In this document: positions 1 through 13,400 of the stretch, in pieces
How positions within the stretch are numbered: the first letter of the stretch is position 1
Layout of the letters: each line of letters starts with the position of its first letter
Source of the DNA: the human T2T-CHM13v2.0 reference genome, Homo sapiens
NCBI RefSeq assembly: GCF_009914755.1
Contig: NC_060946.1
Strand: one strand, 5' to 3'
Length of the DNA stretch: 64,000 nt
The notes under the pieces: model-generated
Databases searched by the model: none
The model's input: only the letters and a program-made list of their open reading frames with translations
Told to the model about the DNA's origin: nothing
Position numbers and translations under genes: made by a program

Positions 1-3
1 TAT

Positions 4-20
4 TTCCCTTTTCACCGTAG
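4..20 (+). promoter_or_regulatory. pJalpha-like motif of A-type monomers, alternating with CENP-B box monomers
   Basis: ttcccttttcaccgtag resembles the pJalpha consensus TTCCTTTTYCACCRTAG. Equivalent motifs lie near 346, 688 and 1030 in the first HOR. Confidence 0.7.
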
Positions 21-174
21 GCGTCAAGGCGCTCCAAATGTCCACTTCCAGATACTACAAAAAGAGTGTTTCAAACCTACTCTGTGAAAGCGAATATTCA
101 ACTCTGTGACTTGAATGCACATATCACAAAGAAGTTTCTGAGAATGCTTCTGTCGAGATTTTATATGAAGATAT

Positions 175-191
175 TCCCGTTTCCAACGAAA
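175..191 (-). promoter_or_regulatory. CENP-B box 1 of the HOR (recurs every 1364 bp)
   Basis: tcccgtttccaacgaaa is the reverse complement of TTTCGTTGGAAACGGGA and matches the core NTTCGNNNNANNCGGGN. Confidence 0.97.
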
Positions 192-516
192 TCCTGAAAT
201 CTATCCAAATATCCCCTCGCAGATTCTACAAAAAGAGTGTTTCAAAACTGCTCTGTAAAAAGAAAGGTTCAACTCTGTTAGTTGAGTACACACATCACAA
301 ACAAGTTTCACAGAATGCTTCTTTCTAGCTTGTAGGGGAAGATATTCCCTTTATCACCATGGGCCTCCAACCGTCCGAAACGTCCACTTCCATATACTAC
401 AAAAAGAGCGTTTCAAACCTGCTCTAGGAAAGGCAATGTTCAACTCTGTGACTTGAATGCAGACATCACAGAGCAGTTTCTGAGAATGCTTCTGTCTAGA
501 TTTTATAGGAAGATAT

Positions 517-533
517 TCCCGTTTCCAACGAAA
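517..533 (-). promoter_or_regulatory. CENP-B box 2 of the HOR
   Basis: Exact tcccgtttccaacgaaa, 342 bp after box 1. Confidence 0.97.
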
Positions 534-858
534 TCTTCACAGCTATCCAAATATCCACTTGCAGATTCTACAAAAAGAGTGTATCAAAACTGCTCTGTCA
601 AAAGGAAGGTTCTTCTCTGTTAGGTGAGTGCATACGTCATAAAGGAGTTTCTGAGAATGTTTCTGTCTAGTGGTTATGGGAAGATATTTGCTTTTTCACC
701 GTAGGCCTCAGAGCGCTCCAAATATCCACTTGCACATACTACAAAAAGAGTGCCTCAAAGCTGCTCTTTGAAACGGAATGTTCAACTCTATGAGTTGAAT
801 GCAAACATCACAAAGACGTTTCTGAGAATGCTTCTGTCTAGATTTGATATGAAGATAT

Positions 859-875
859 TCCCGTTTCCAACGAAA
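859..875 (-). promoter_or_regulatory. CENP-B box 3 of the HOR
   Basis: Exact tcccgtttccaacgaaa, 342 bp after box 2. Confidence 0.97.
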
Positions 876-1196
876 TCTTCAAATCTATCCAAATGTCCAC
901 TTGCAGATTCAACAAAAAGTGTTTTTCAGAACTGCTCTATCAAAAGAAAGATCCACCTCTGTTAGCTGAGTTCACACATCACAAACAAGTTTATGAGAAT
1001 GCTTCTGTCTAGTTTTTATTTGAAGATATTTCCTTTCTCACCATAGACCTGAAAGCTGTCCTAATGTTCACTTCCAGATACTACAGAAAGAGTGTTTCAA
1101 AACTGCTGTATGAAAGGGAATGTTCAACTCTGTGACTTGAATGCACACATCACAAAGAAGTTTCTGAGGATGCTGCTGTCTACTTTTTATATGTAA

Positions 1197-1213
1197 TCCC
1201 GTTTCCAACGAAA
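1197..1213 (-). promoter_or_regulatory. CENP-B box 4 of the HOR (shorter dimer, gtaa flank)
   Basis: Exact tcccgtttccaacgaaa, 338 bp after box 3. It is preceded by 'tatacgtaa/tatatgtaa' instead of 'gaagatat'. The last copy at 63938 gives 47 x 4 = 188 box positions. Confidence 0.97.
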
Positions 1214-1969
1214 TCCTCCAAGCTATCCAAATATCCACTTGCAGATTCCACAGAAAGACTGTTTCAAAACTGCTCTGTCAATAGAAAGGTTCAACTCTGT
1301 TAGCTGCGTGCATATATCCCAAAGAAGATTCTGAGATTGCTTCTGTCTAGTTTTTATGGGAAGATATTTCCCTTTTCACCGTAGGCGTCAAGGCGCTCCA
1401 AATGTCCACTTCCAGATACTACAAAAAGAGTGTTTCAAACCTACTCTGTGAAAGGGAATATTCAACTCTGTGACTTGAATGCACATATCACAAAGAAGTT
1501 TCTGATAATGCTTCTGTCGAGATTTTATATGAAGATATTCCCGTTTCCAACGAAATCCTGAAATCTATCCAAATATCCCCTCGCAGATTCTACAAAAAGA
1601 GTGTTTCAAAACTGCTCTGTAAAAAGAAAGGTTCAACTCTGTTACTTGAGTACACACATCACAAACAAGTTTCACAGAATGCTTCTTTCTAGCTTGTAGG
1701 GGAAGATATTCCCTTTATCACCATGGGCCTCCAACCGTCCGAAACATCCACTTCCATATACTACAAAAAGAGCGTTTCAAACCTGCTCTATGAAAGGCAA
1801 TGTTCAACTCTGTGACTTGAAAGCAGACATCACAGAGCAGTTTCTGAGAATGCTTCTGTCTAGATTTTATAGGAAGATATTCCCGTTTCCAACGAAATCT
1901 TCACATCTATCCAAATATCCACTTGCAGATTCTTCAAAAAGAGTGTATCAAAACTGCTCTGTCAAAAGG

Positions 1970-4900
1970 AAGGTTCTTCTCTGTTAGGTGAGTGCATAGG
2001 TCATAAAGGAGTTTCTGGGAATGTTTCTGTCTAGTGGTTATGGGAAGATATTTGCTTTTTCACCGTAGGCCTCAGAGCGCTCCAAATATCCACTTGCACA
2101 TACTACAAAAAGAGTGCCTCAAAGCTGCTCTCTGAAACGGAATGTTCAACTCTATGAGTTGAATGCAAACATCACAAAGACGTTTCTGAGAATGCTTCTG
2201 TCTAGATTTGATATGAAGATATTCCCGTTTCCAACGAAATCTTCAAATCTATCCAAATGTCCACTTGCATAATCAACAAAAAGTGTTTTTCAGAACTGCT
2301 CTATCAAAAGAAAGATCCACCTCTGTTAGCTGAGTTCACACATCACAAACAAGTTTATGAGAATGCTTCTGTCTAGTTTTTATTTGAAGATATTTCCTTT
2401 CTCACCATAGACCTGAAAGCTGTCCTAATGTTCACTTCCAGATACTACAGAAAGAGTGTTTCAAAACTGCTGTACGAAAGGGAATGTTCAACTCTGTGAC
2501 TTGAATGCACACATCACAAAGAAGTTTCTGAGGATGCTGCTGTCTACTTTTTATACGTAATCCCGTTTCCAACGAAATCCTCCAAGCTATCCAAATATCC
2601 ACTTGCAGATTCCACAGAAAGACTGTTTCAAAACTGCTCTGTCAATAGAAAGGTTCAACTCTGTTAGCTGCGTGCATATATCCCAAAGAAGATTATGAGA
2701 TTCCTTCTGTCTAGTTTTTATGGGAAGATATTTCCCTTTTCACCGTAGGCGTCAAGGCGCTCCAAATGTCCACTTCCAGATACTACAAAAAGAGTGTTTC
2801 AAACCTACTCTGTGAAAGCGAATATTCAACTCTGTGACTTGAATGCACATATCACAAAGAAGTTTCTGAGAATGCTTCTGTCGAGATTTTATGTGAAGAT
2901 ATTCCCGTTTCCAACGAAATCCTGAAATCTATCCAAATATCCCCTCGCAGATTCTACAAAAAGAGTGTTTCAAAACTGCTCTGTAAAAAGAAAGGTTCAA
3001 CTCTGTTAGTTGAGTACACACATCACAAACAAGTTTCACAGAATGCTTCTTTCTAGCTTGTAGGGGAAGATATTCCCTTTATCACCATGGTCCTCAAACC
3101 GTCCGAAACGTCCACTTCCATATACTACAAAAAGAGCGTTTCAAACCTGCTCTAGGAAAGGCAATGTTCAACTCTGTGACTTGAATGCAGACATCACAGA
3201 GCAGTTTCTGAGAATGCTTCTGTCTAGATTTTATAGGAAGATATTCCCGTTTCCAACGAAATCTTCACAGCTATCCAAATATCCACTTGCAGATTCTACA
3301 AAAAGAGTGTATCAAAACTGCTCTGTCAAAAGGAAGGTTCTTCTCTGTTAGGTGAGTGCATACGTCATAAAGGAGTTTCTGAGAATGTTTCTGTCTAGTG
3401 GTTATGGGAAGATATTTGCTTTTTCACCGTAGGCCTCAGAGCGCTCCAAATATCCACTTGCACATACTACAAAAAGAGTGCCTCAAAGCTGCTCTCTGAA
3501 ACGGAATGTTCAACTCTATGAGTTGAATGCAAACATCACAAAGACGTTTCTGAGAATGCTTCTGTCTAGATTTGATATGAAGATATTCCCGTTTCCAACG
3601 AAATCTTCAAATCTATCCAAATGTCCACTTGCATAATCAACAAAAAGTGTTTTTCAGAATTGCTCTATCAAAAGAAAGATCCACCTCTGTTAGCTGAGTT
3701 CACACATCACAAACAAGTTTATGAGAATGCTTCTGTCTAGTTTTTATTTGAAGATATTTCCTTTCTCACCATAGACCTGAAAGCTGTCCTAATGTTCACT
3801 TCCAGATACTACAGAAAGAGTGTTTCAAAACTGCTGTACGAAAGGGAATGTTCAACTCTGTGACTTGAATGCACACATCACAAAGAAGTTTCTGAGGATG
3901 CTGCTGTCTACTTTTTATACGTAATCCCGTTTCCAACGAAATCCTCCAAGCTATCCAAATATCCACTTGCAGATTCCACAGAAAGACTGTTTCAAAACTG
4001 CTCTGTCAATAGAAAGGTTCAACTCTGTTAGCTGCGTGCATATATCCCAAAGAAGATTCTGAGATTGCTTCTGTCTAGTTTTTATGGGAAGATATTTCCC
4101 TTTTCACCGTAGGCGTCAAGGCGCTCCAAATGTCCACTTCCAGATACTACAAAAAGAGTGTTTCAAACCTACTCTGTGAAAGGGAATATTCAACTCTGTG
4201 ACTTGAATGCACATATCACAAAGAAGTTTCTGAGAATGCTTCTGTCGAGATTTTATATGAAGATGTTCCCGTTTCCAACGAAATCCTGAAATCTATCCAA
4301 ATATCACCTCGCAGATTCTACAAAAAGAGTGTTTCAAAACTGCTCTGTAAAAAGAAAGTTTCAACTCTGTTACTTGAGTACACACATCACAAACAAGTTT
4401 CACAGAATGCTTCTTTCTAGCTTGTAGGGGAAGATATTCCCTTTATCACCATGGTCCTCAAACCGTCCGAAACGTCCACTTCCATATACTACAAAAAGAG
4501 CGTTTCAAACCTGCTCTATGAAAGGCAATGTTCAACTCTGTGACTTGAATGCAGACATCACAGAGCAGTTTCTGAGAATGCTTCTGTCTAGATTTTATAG
4601 GAAGATATTCCCGTTTCCAACGAAATCCTCACAGCTATCCAAATATCCACTTGCAGATTCTACAAAAAGAGTGTATCAAAACTGCTCTGTCAAAAGGAAG
4701 GTTCTTCTCTGTTAGGTGAGTGCATAGGTCATAAAGGAGTTTCTGGGAATGTTTCTGTCTAGTGGTTATGGGAAGATATTTGCTTTTTCACCGTAGGCCT
4801 CAGAGCGCTCCAAATATCCACTTGCACATACTACAAAAAGAGTGCCTCAAAGCTGCTCTCTGAAACGGAATGTTCAACTCTATGAGTTGAATGCAAACAT

Positions 4901-7430
4901 CACAAAGACGTTTCTGAGAATGCTTCTGTCTAGATTTGATATGAAGATATTCCCGTTTCCAACGAAATCTTCAAATCTATCCAAATGTCCACTTGCATAA
5001 TCAACAAAAAGTGTTTTTCAGAACTGCTCTATCAAAAGAAAGATCCACCTCTGTTAGCTGAGTTCACACATCACAAACAAGTTTATGAGAATGCTTCTGT
5101 CTAGTTTTTATTTGAAGATATTTCCTTTCTCACCATAGACCTGAAAGCTGTCCTAATGTTCACTTCCAGATACTACAGAAAGAGTGTTTCAAAACTGCTG
5201 TACGAAAGGGAATGTTCAACTCTGTGACTTGAATGCACACATCACAAAGAAGTTTCTGAGGATGCTGCTGTCTACTTTTTATACGTAATCCCGTTTCCAA
5301 CGAAATCCTCCAAGCTATCCAAATATCCACTTGCAGATTCCACAGAAAGACTGTTTCAAAACTGCTCTGTCAATAGAAAGGTTCAACTCTGTTAGCTGCG
5401 TGCATATATCCCAAAGAAGATTCTGAGATTCCTTCTGTCTAGTTTTTATGGGAAGATATTTCCCTTTTCACCGTAGGCGTCAAGGCGCTCCAAATGTCCA
5501 CTTCCAGATACTACAAAAAGAGTGTTTCAAACCTACTCTGTGAAAGCGAATATTCAACTCTGTGACTTGAATGCACATATCACAAAGAAGTTTCTGAGAA
5601 TGCTTCTGTCGAGATTTTATGTGAAGATATTCCCGTTTCCAACGAAATCCTGAAATCTATCCAAATATCCCCTCGCAGATTCTACAAAAAGAGTGTTTCA
5701 AAACTGCTCTGTAAAAAGAAAGGTTCAACTCTGTTAGTTGAGTACACACATCACAAACAAGTTTCACAGAATGCTTCTTTCTAGCTTGTAGGGGAAGATA
5801 TTCCCTTTATCACCATGGTCCTCAAACCGTCCGAAACGTCCACTTCCATATACTACAAAAAGAGCGTTTCAAACCTGCTCTAGGAAAGGCAATGTTCAAC
5901 TCTGTGACTTGAATGCAGACATCACAGAGCAGTTTCTGAGAATGCTTCTGTCTAGATTTTATAGGAAGATATTCCCGTTTCCAACGAAATCTTCACAGCT
6001 ATCCAAATATCCACTTGCAGATTCTACAAAAAGAGTGTATCAAAACTGCTCTGTCAAAAGGAAGGTTCTTCTCTGTTAGGTGAGTGCATACGTCATAAAG
6101 GAGTTTCTGAGAATGTTTCTGTCTAGTGGTTATGGGAAGATATTTGCTTTTTCACCGTAGGCCTCAGAGCGCTCCAAATATCCACTTGCACATACTACAA
6201 AAAGAGTGCCTCAAAGCTGCTCTCTGAAACGGAATGTTCAACTCTATGAGTTGAATGCAAACATCACAAAGACGTTTCTGAGAATGCTTCTGTCTAGATT
6301 TGATATGAAGATATTCCCGTTTCCAACGAAATCTTCAAATCTATCCAAATGTCCACTTGCATAATCAACAAAAAGTGTTTTTCAGAATTGCTCTATCAAA
6401 AGAAAGATCCACCTCTGTTAGCTGAGTTCACACATCACAAACAAGTTTATGAGAATGCTTCTGTCTAGTTTTTATTTGAAGATATTTCCTTTCTCACCAT
6501 AGACCTGAAAGCTGTCCTAATGTTCACTTCCAGATACTACAGAAAGAGTGTTTCAAAACTGCTGTACGAAAGGGAATGTTCAACTCTGTGACTTGAATGC
6601 ACACATCACAAAGAAGTTTCTGAGGATGCTGCTGTCTACTTTTTATACGTAATCCCGTTTCCAACGAAATCCTCCAAGCTATCCAAATATCCACTTGCAG
6701 ATTCCACAGAAAGACTGTTTCAAAACTGCTCTGTCAATAGAAAGGTTCAACTCTGTTAGCTGCGTGCATATATCCCAAAGAAGATTCTGAGATTGCTTCT
6801 GTCTAGTTTTTATGGGAAGATATTTCCCTTTTCACCGTAGGTGTCAAGGCGCTCCAAATGTCCACTTCCAGATACTACAAAAAGAGTGTTTCAAACCTAC
6901 TCTGTGAAAGGGAATATTCAACTCTGTGACTTGAATGCACATATCACAAAGAAGTTTCTGAGAATGCTTCTGTCGAGATTTTATATGAAGATGTTCCCGT
7001 TTCCAACGAAATCCTGAAATCTATCCAAATATCACCTCGCAGATTCTACAAAAAGAGTGTTTCAAAACTGCTCTGTAAAAAGAAAGTTTCAACTCTGTTA
7101 CTTGAGTACACACATCACAAACAAGTTTCACAGAATGCTTCTTTCTAGCTTGTAGGGGAAGATATTCCCTTTATCACCATGGTCCTCAAACCGTCCGAAA
7201 CGTCCACTTCCATATACTACAAAAAGAGCGTTTCAAACCTGCTCTATGAAAGGCAATGTTCAACTCTGTGACTTGAATGCAGACATCACAGAGCAGTTTC
7301 TGAGAATGCTTCTGTCTAGATTTTATAGGAAGATATTCCCGTTTCCAACGAAATCCTCACAGCTATCCAAATATCCACTTGCAGATTCTACAAAAAGAGT
7401 GTATCAAAACTGCTCTGTCAAAAGGAAGGT
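1970..7430. repeat. Tandem duplication of a 2-HOR (2728 bp) unit
   Basis: Rare variants shared at offset 2728: gcatagg (~1999/4727), gattccttc (~2703/5431), atgtgaag (~2893/5621), cagaattg (~3660/6388), gatgttccc (~4265/6993), atcacctc (~4306/7034), aaatcctcac (~4628/7356). Boundaries are approximate. Confidence 0.9.
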
Positions 7431-10400
7431 TCTTCTCTGTTAGGTGAGTGCATACGTCATAAAGGAGTTTCTGAGAATGTTTCTGTCTAGTGGTTATGGG
7501 AAGATATTTGCTTTTTCACCGTAGGCCTCAGAGCGCTCCAAATATCCACTTGCACATACTACAAAAAGAGTGCCGCAAAGCTGCTCTCTGAAACGGAATG
7601 TTCAACTCTATGAGTTGAATGCAAACATCACAAAGACGTTTCTGAGAATGCTTCTGTCTAGATTTGATATGAAGATATTCCCGTTTCCAACGAAATCTTC
7701 AAATCTATCCAAATGTCCACTTGCATAATCAACAAAAAGTGTTTTTCACAACTGCTCTATCAAAAGAAAGATCCACCTCTGTTAGCTGAGTTCACACATC
7801 ACAAACAAGTTTATGAGAATGCTTCTGTCTAGTTTTTATTTGAAGATATTTCCTTTCTCACCATAGACCTGAAAGCTGTCCTAATGTTCACTTCCAGATA
7901 CTACAGAAAGAGTGTTTCAAAACTGCTGTACGAAAGGGAATGTTCAACTCTGTGACTTGAATGCACACATCACAAAGAAGTTTCTGAGGATGCTGCTGTC
8001 TACTTTTTATACGTAATCCCGTTTCCAACGAAATCCTCCAAGCTATCCAAACATCCACTTGCAGATTCCACAGAAAGACTGTTTCAAAACTGCTCTGTCA
8101 ATAGAAAGGTTCAACTCTGTTAGCTGCGTGCATATATCCCAAAGAAGATTCTGAGATTGCTTCTGTCTAGTTTTTATGGGAAGATATTTCCCTTTTCACC
8201 GTAGGCGTCAAGGCGCTCCAAATGTCCACTTCCAGATACTACAAAAAGAGTGTTTCAAACATACTCTGTGAAAGCGAATATTCAACTCTGTGACTTGAAT
8301 GCACATATCACAAAGAAGTTTCTGAGAATGCTTCTGTCGAGATTTTATATGAAGATATTCCCGTTTCCAACGAAATCCTGAAATCTATCCAAATATCCCC
8401 TCGCAGATTCTACAAAAAGAGTGTTTCAAAACTGCTCTGTAAAAAGAAAGGTTCAACTCTGTTAGTTGAGTACACACATCACAAACAAGTTTCACAGAAT
8501 GCTTCTTTCTAGCTTGTAGGGGAAGATATTCCCTTTATCACCATGGGCCTCCAACCGTCCGAAACGTCCACTTCCATATACTACCAAAAGAGCGTTTCAA
8601 ACCTGCTCTAGGAAAGGCAATGTTCAACTCTGTGACTTGAATGCAGACATCACAGAGCAGTTTCTGAGAATGCTTCTGTCTAGATTTTATAGGAAGATAT
8701 TCCCGTTTCCAACGAAATCTTCACAGCTATCCAAATATCCACTTGCAGATTCTACAAAAAGAGTGTATCAAAACTGCTCTGTAAAAAGGAAGGTTCTTCT
8801 CTGTTAGGTGAGTGCATACGTCATAAAGGAGTTTCTGAGAATGTTTCTGTCTAGTGGTTATGGGAAGATATTTGCTTTTTCACCGTAGGCCTCAGAGCGC
8901 TCCAAATATCCACTTGCACATACTACAAAAAGAGTGCCTCAAAGCTGCTCTTTGAAACGGAATGTTCAACTCTATGAGTTGAATGCAAACATCACAAAGA
9001 CGTTTCTGAGAATGCTTCTGTCTAGATTTGATATGAAGATATTCCCGTTTCCAACGAAATCTTCAAATCTATCCAAATGTCCACTTGCAGATTCAACAAA
9101 AAGTGTTTTTCAGAACTGCTCTATCAAAAGAAAGATCCACCTCTGTTAGCTGAGTTCACACATCACAAACAAGTTTATGAGAATGCTTCTGTCTAGTTTT
9201 TATTTGAAGATATTTCCTTTCTCACCATAGACCTGAAAGCTGTCCTAATGTTCACTTCCAGATACTACAGAAAGAGTGTTTCAAAACTGCTGTATGAAAG
9301 GGAATGTTCAACTCTGTGACTTGAATGCACACATCACAAAGAAGTTTCTGAGGATGCTGCTGTCTACTTTTTATATGTAATCCCGTTTCCAACGAAATCC
9401 TCCAAGCTATCCAAATATCCACTTGCAGATTCCACAGAAAGACTGTTTCAAAACTGCTCTGTCAATAGAAAGGTTCAACTCTGTTAGCTGCGTGCATATA
9501 TCCCAAAGAAGATTCTGAGATTGCTTCTGTCTAGTTTTTATGGGAAGATATTTCCCTTTTCACCGTAGGCGTCAAGGCGCTCCAAATGTCCACTTCCAGA
9601 TACTACAAAAAGAGTGTTTCAAACCTACTCTGTGAAAGGGAATATTCAACTCTGTGACTTGAATGCACATATCACAAAGAAGTTTCTGATAATGCTTCTG
9701 TCGAGATTTTATATGAAGATATTCCCGTTTCCAACGAAATCCTGAAATCTATCCAAATATCCCCTCGCAGATTCTACAAAAAGAGTGTTTCAAAACTGCT
9801 CTGTAAAAAGAAAGGTTCAACTCTGTTAGTTGAGTACACACATCACAAACAAGTTTCACAGAATGCTTCTTTCTAGCTTGTAGGGGAAGATATTCCCTTT
9901 ATCACCATGGGCCTCCAACCGTCCGAAACATCCACTTCCATATACTACAAAAAGAGCGTTTCAAACCTGCTCTATGAAAGGCAATGTTCAACTCTGTGAC
10001 TTGAAAGCAGACATCACAGAGCAGTTTCTGAGAATGCTTCTGTCTAGATTTTATAGGAAGATATTCCCGTTTCCAACGAAATCTTCACATCTATCCAAAT
10101 ATCCACTTGCAGATTCTTCAAAAAGAGTGTATCAAAACTGCTCTGTCAAAAGGAAGGTTCTTCTCTGTTAGGTGAGTGCATACGTCATAAAGGAGTTTCT
10201 GGGAATGTTTCTGTCTAGTGGTTATGGGAAGATATTTGCTTTTTCACCGTAGGCCTCAGAGCGCTCCAAATATCCACTTGCACATACTACAAAAAGAGTG
10301 CCTCAAAGCTGCTCTCTGAAACGGAATGTTCAACTCTATGAGTTGAATGCAAACATCACAAAGACGTTTCTGAGAATGCTTCTGTCTAGATTTGATATGA

Positions 10401-13400
10401 AGATATTCCCGTTTCCAACGAAATCTTCAAATCTATCCAAATGTCCACTTGCATAATCAACAAAAAGTGTTTTTCAGAACTGCTCTATCAAAAGAAAGAT
10501 CCACCTCTGTTAGCTGAGTTCACACATCACAAACAAGTTTATGAGAATGCTTCTGTCTAGTTTTTATTTGAAGATATTTCCTTTCTCACCATAGACCTGA
10601 AAGCTGTCCTAATGTTCACTTCCAGATACTACAGAAAGAGTGTTTCAAAACTGCTGTACGAAAGGGAATGTTCAACTCTGTGACTTGAATGCACACATCA
10701 CAAAGAAGTTTCTGAGGATGCTGCTGTCTACTTTTTATACGTAATCCCGTTTCCAACGAAATCCTCCAAGCTATCCAAATATCCACTTGCAGATTCCACA
10801 GAAAGACTGTTTCAAAACTGCTCTGTCAATAGAAAGGTTCAACTCTGTTAGCTGCGTGCATATATCCCAAAGAAGATTCTGAGATTGCTTCTGTCTAGTT
10901 TTTATGGGAAGATATTTCCCTTTTCACCGTAGGCGTCAAGGCGCTCCAAATGTCCACTTCCAGATACTACAAAAAGAGTGTTTCAAACCTACTCTGTGAA
11001 AGGGAATATTCAACTCTGTGACTTGAATGCACATATCACAAAGAAGTTTCTGAGAATGCTTCTGTCGAGATTTTATATGAAGATATTCCCGTTTCCAACG
11101 AAATCCTGAAATCTATCCAAATATCCCCTCGCAGATTCTACAAAAAGAGTGTTTCAAAACTGCTCTGTAAAAAGAAAGGTTCAACTCTGTTAGTTGAGTA
11201 CACACATCACAAACAAGTTTCACAGAATGCTTCTTTCTAGCTTGTAGGGGAAGATATTCCCTTTATCACCATGGTCCTCAAACCGTCCGAAACGTCCACT
11301 TCCATATACTACAAAAAGAGCGTTTCAAACCTGCTCTATGAAAGGCAATGTTCAACTCTGTGACTTGAATGCAGACATCACAGAGCAGTTTCTGAGAATG
11401 CTTCTGTCTAGATTTTATAGGAAGATATTCCCGTTTCCAACGAAATCTTCACAGCTATCCAAATATCCACTTGCAGATTCTACAAAAAGAGTGTATCAAA
11501 ACTGCTCTGTCAAAAGGAAGGTTCTTCTCTGTTAGGTGAGTGCATACGTCATAAAGGAGTTTCTGAGAATGTTTCTGTCTAGTGGTTATGGGAAGATATT
11601 TGCTTTTTCACCGTAGGCCTCAGAGCGCTCCAAATATCCACTTGCACATACTACAAAAAGAGTGCCTCAAAGCTGCTCTCTGAAACGGAATGTTCAACTC
11701 TATGAGTTGAATGCAAACATCACAAAGACGTTTCTGAGAATGCTTCTGTCTAGATTTGATATGAAGATATTCCCGTTTCCAACGAAATCTTCAAATCTAT
11801 CCAAATGTCCACTTGCAGATTCAACAAAAAGTGTTTTTCAGAACTGCTCTATCAAAAGAAAGATCCACCTCTGTTAGCTGAGTTCACACATCACAAACAA
11901 GTTTATGAGAATGCTTCTGTCTAGTTTTTATTTGAAGATATTTCCTTTCTCACCATAGACCTGAAAGCTGTCCTAATGTTCACTTCCAGATACTACAGAA
12001 AGAGTGTTTCAAAACTGCTGTACGAAAGGGAATGTTCAACTCTGTGACTTGAATGCACACATCACAAAGAAGTTTCTGAGGATGCTGCTGTCTACTTTTT
12101 ATACGTAATCCCGTTTCCAACGAAATCCTCCAAGCTATCCAAATATCCACTTGCAGATTCCACAGAAAGACTGTTTCAAAACTGCTCTGTCAATAGAAAG
12201 GTTCAACTCTGTTAGCTGCGTGCATATATCCCAAAGAAGATTCTGAGATTGCTTCTGTCTAGTTTTTATGGGAAGATATTTCCCTTTTCACCGTAGGCGT
12301 CAAGGCGCTCCAAATGTCCACTTCCAGATACTACAAAAAGAGTGTTTCAAACCTACTCTGTGAAAGCGAATATTCAACTCTGTGACTTGAATGCACATAT
12401 CACAAAGAAGTTTCTGAGAATGCTTCTGTCGAGATTTTATATGAAGATATTCCCGTTTCCAACGAAATCCTGAAATCTATCCAAATATCCCCTCGCAGAT
12501 TCTACAAAAAGAGTGTTTCAAAACTGCTCTGTAAAAAGAAAGGTTCAACTCTGTTAGTTGAGTACACACATCACAAACAAGTTTCACAGAATGCTTCTTT
12601 CTAGCTTGTAGGGGAAGATATTCCCTTTATCACCATGGGCCTCCAACCGTCCGAAACGTCCACTTCCATATACTACAAAAAGAGCGTTTCAAACCTGCTC
12701 TAGGAAAGGCAATGTTCAACTCTGTGACTTGAATGCAGACATCACAGAGCAGTTTCTGAGAATGCTTCTGTCTAGATTTTATAGGAAGATATTCCCGTTT
12801 CCAACGAAATCTTCACAGCTATCCAAATATCCACTTGCAGATTCTACAAAAAGAGTGTATCAAAACTGCTCTGTCAAAAGGAAGGTTCTTCTCTGTTAGG
12901 TGAGTGCATACGTCATAAAGGAGTTTCTGAGAATGTTTCTGTCTAGTGGTTATGGGAAGATATTTGCTTTTTCACCGTAGGCCTCAGAGCGCTCCAAATA
13001 TCCACTTGCACATACTACAAAAAGAGTGCCTCAAAGCTGCTCTCTGAAACGGAATGTTCAACTCTATGAGTTGAATGCAAACATCACAAAGACGTTTCTG
13101 AGAATGCTTCTGTCTAGATTTGATATGAAGATATTCCTGTTTCCAACGAAATCTTCAAATCTATCCAAATGTCCACTTGCAGATTCAACAAAAAGTGTTT
13201 TTCAGAACTGCTCTATCAAAAGAAAGATCCACCTCTGTTAGCTGAGTTCACACATCACAAACAAGTTTATGAGAATGCTTCTGTCTAGTTTTTATTTGAA
13301 GATATTTCCTTTCTCACCATAGACCTGAAAGCTGTCCTAATGTTCACTTCCAGATACTACAGAAAGAGTGTTTCAAAACTGCTGTACGAAAGGGAATGTT

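Larger units (their letters stand above)
1..1364 (-). repeat. One HOR unit (arbitrary phase), SF2 dimeric type, likely the chromosome 14/22 array D14Z9/D22Z1
   Basis: Four dimers of 342, 342, 338 and 342 bp. The monomers containing 'ccatagacctgaaagctgtcctaatgttcac' and 'aaagatccacctctgttagctgagttcac' match my recall of the acrocentric 13/21 and 14/22 alphoid family. An 8-mer fits 14/22 (13/21 is an 11-mer). Chromosome 14 and 22 cannot be told apart here. Confidence 0.75.

Noticed and set aside
703-718. Short palindromes (aggcct, gagcgctc) as possible hairpin or terminator
   Set aside because: They are only 6-8 bp, are part of the ordinary monomer sequence, and nothing supports a function.
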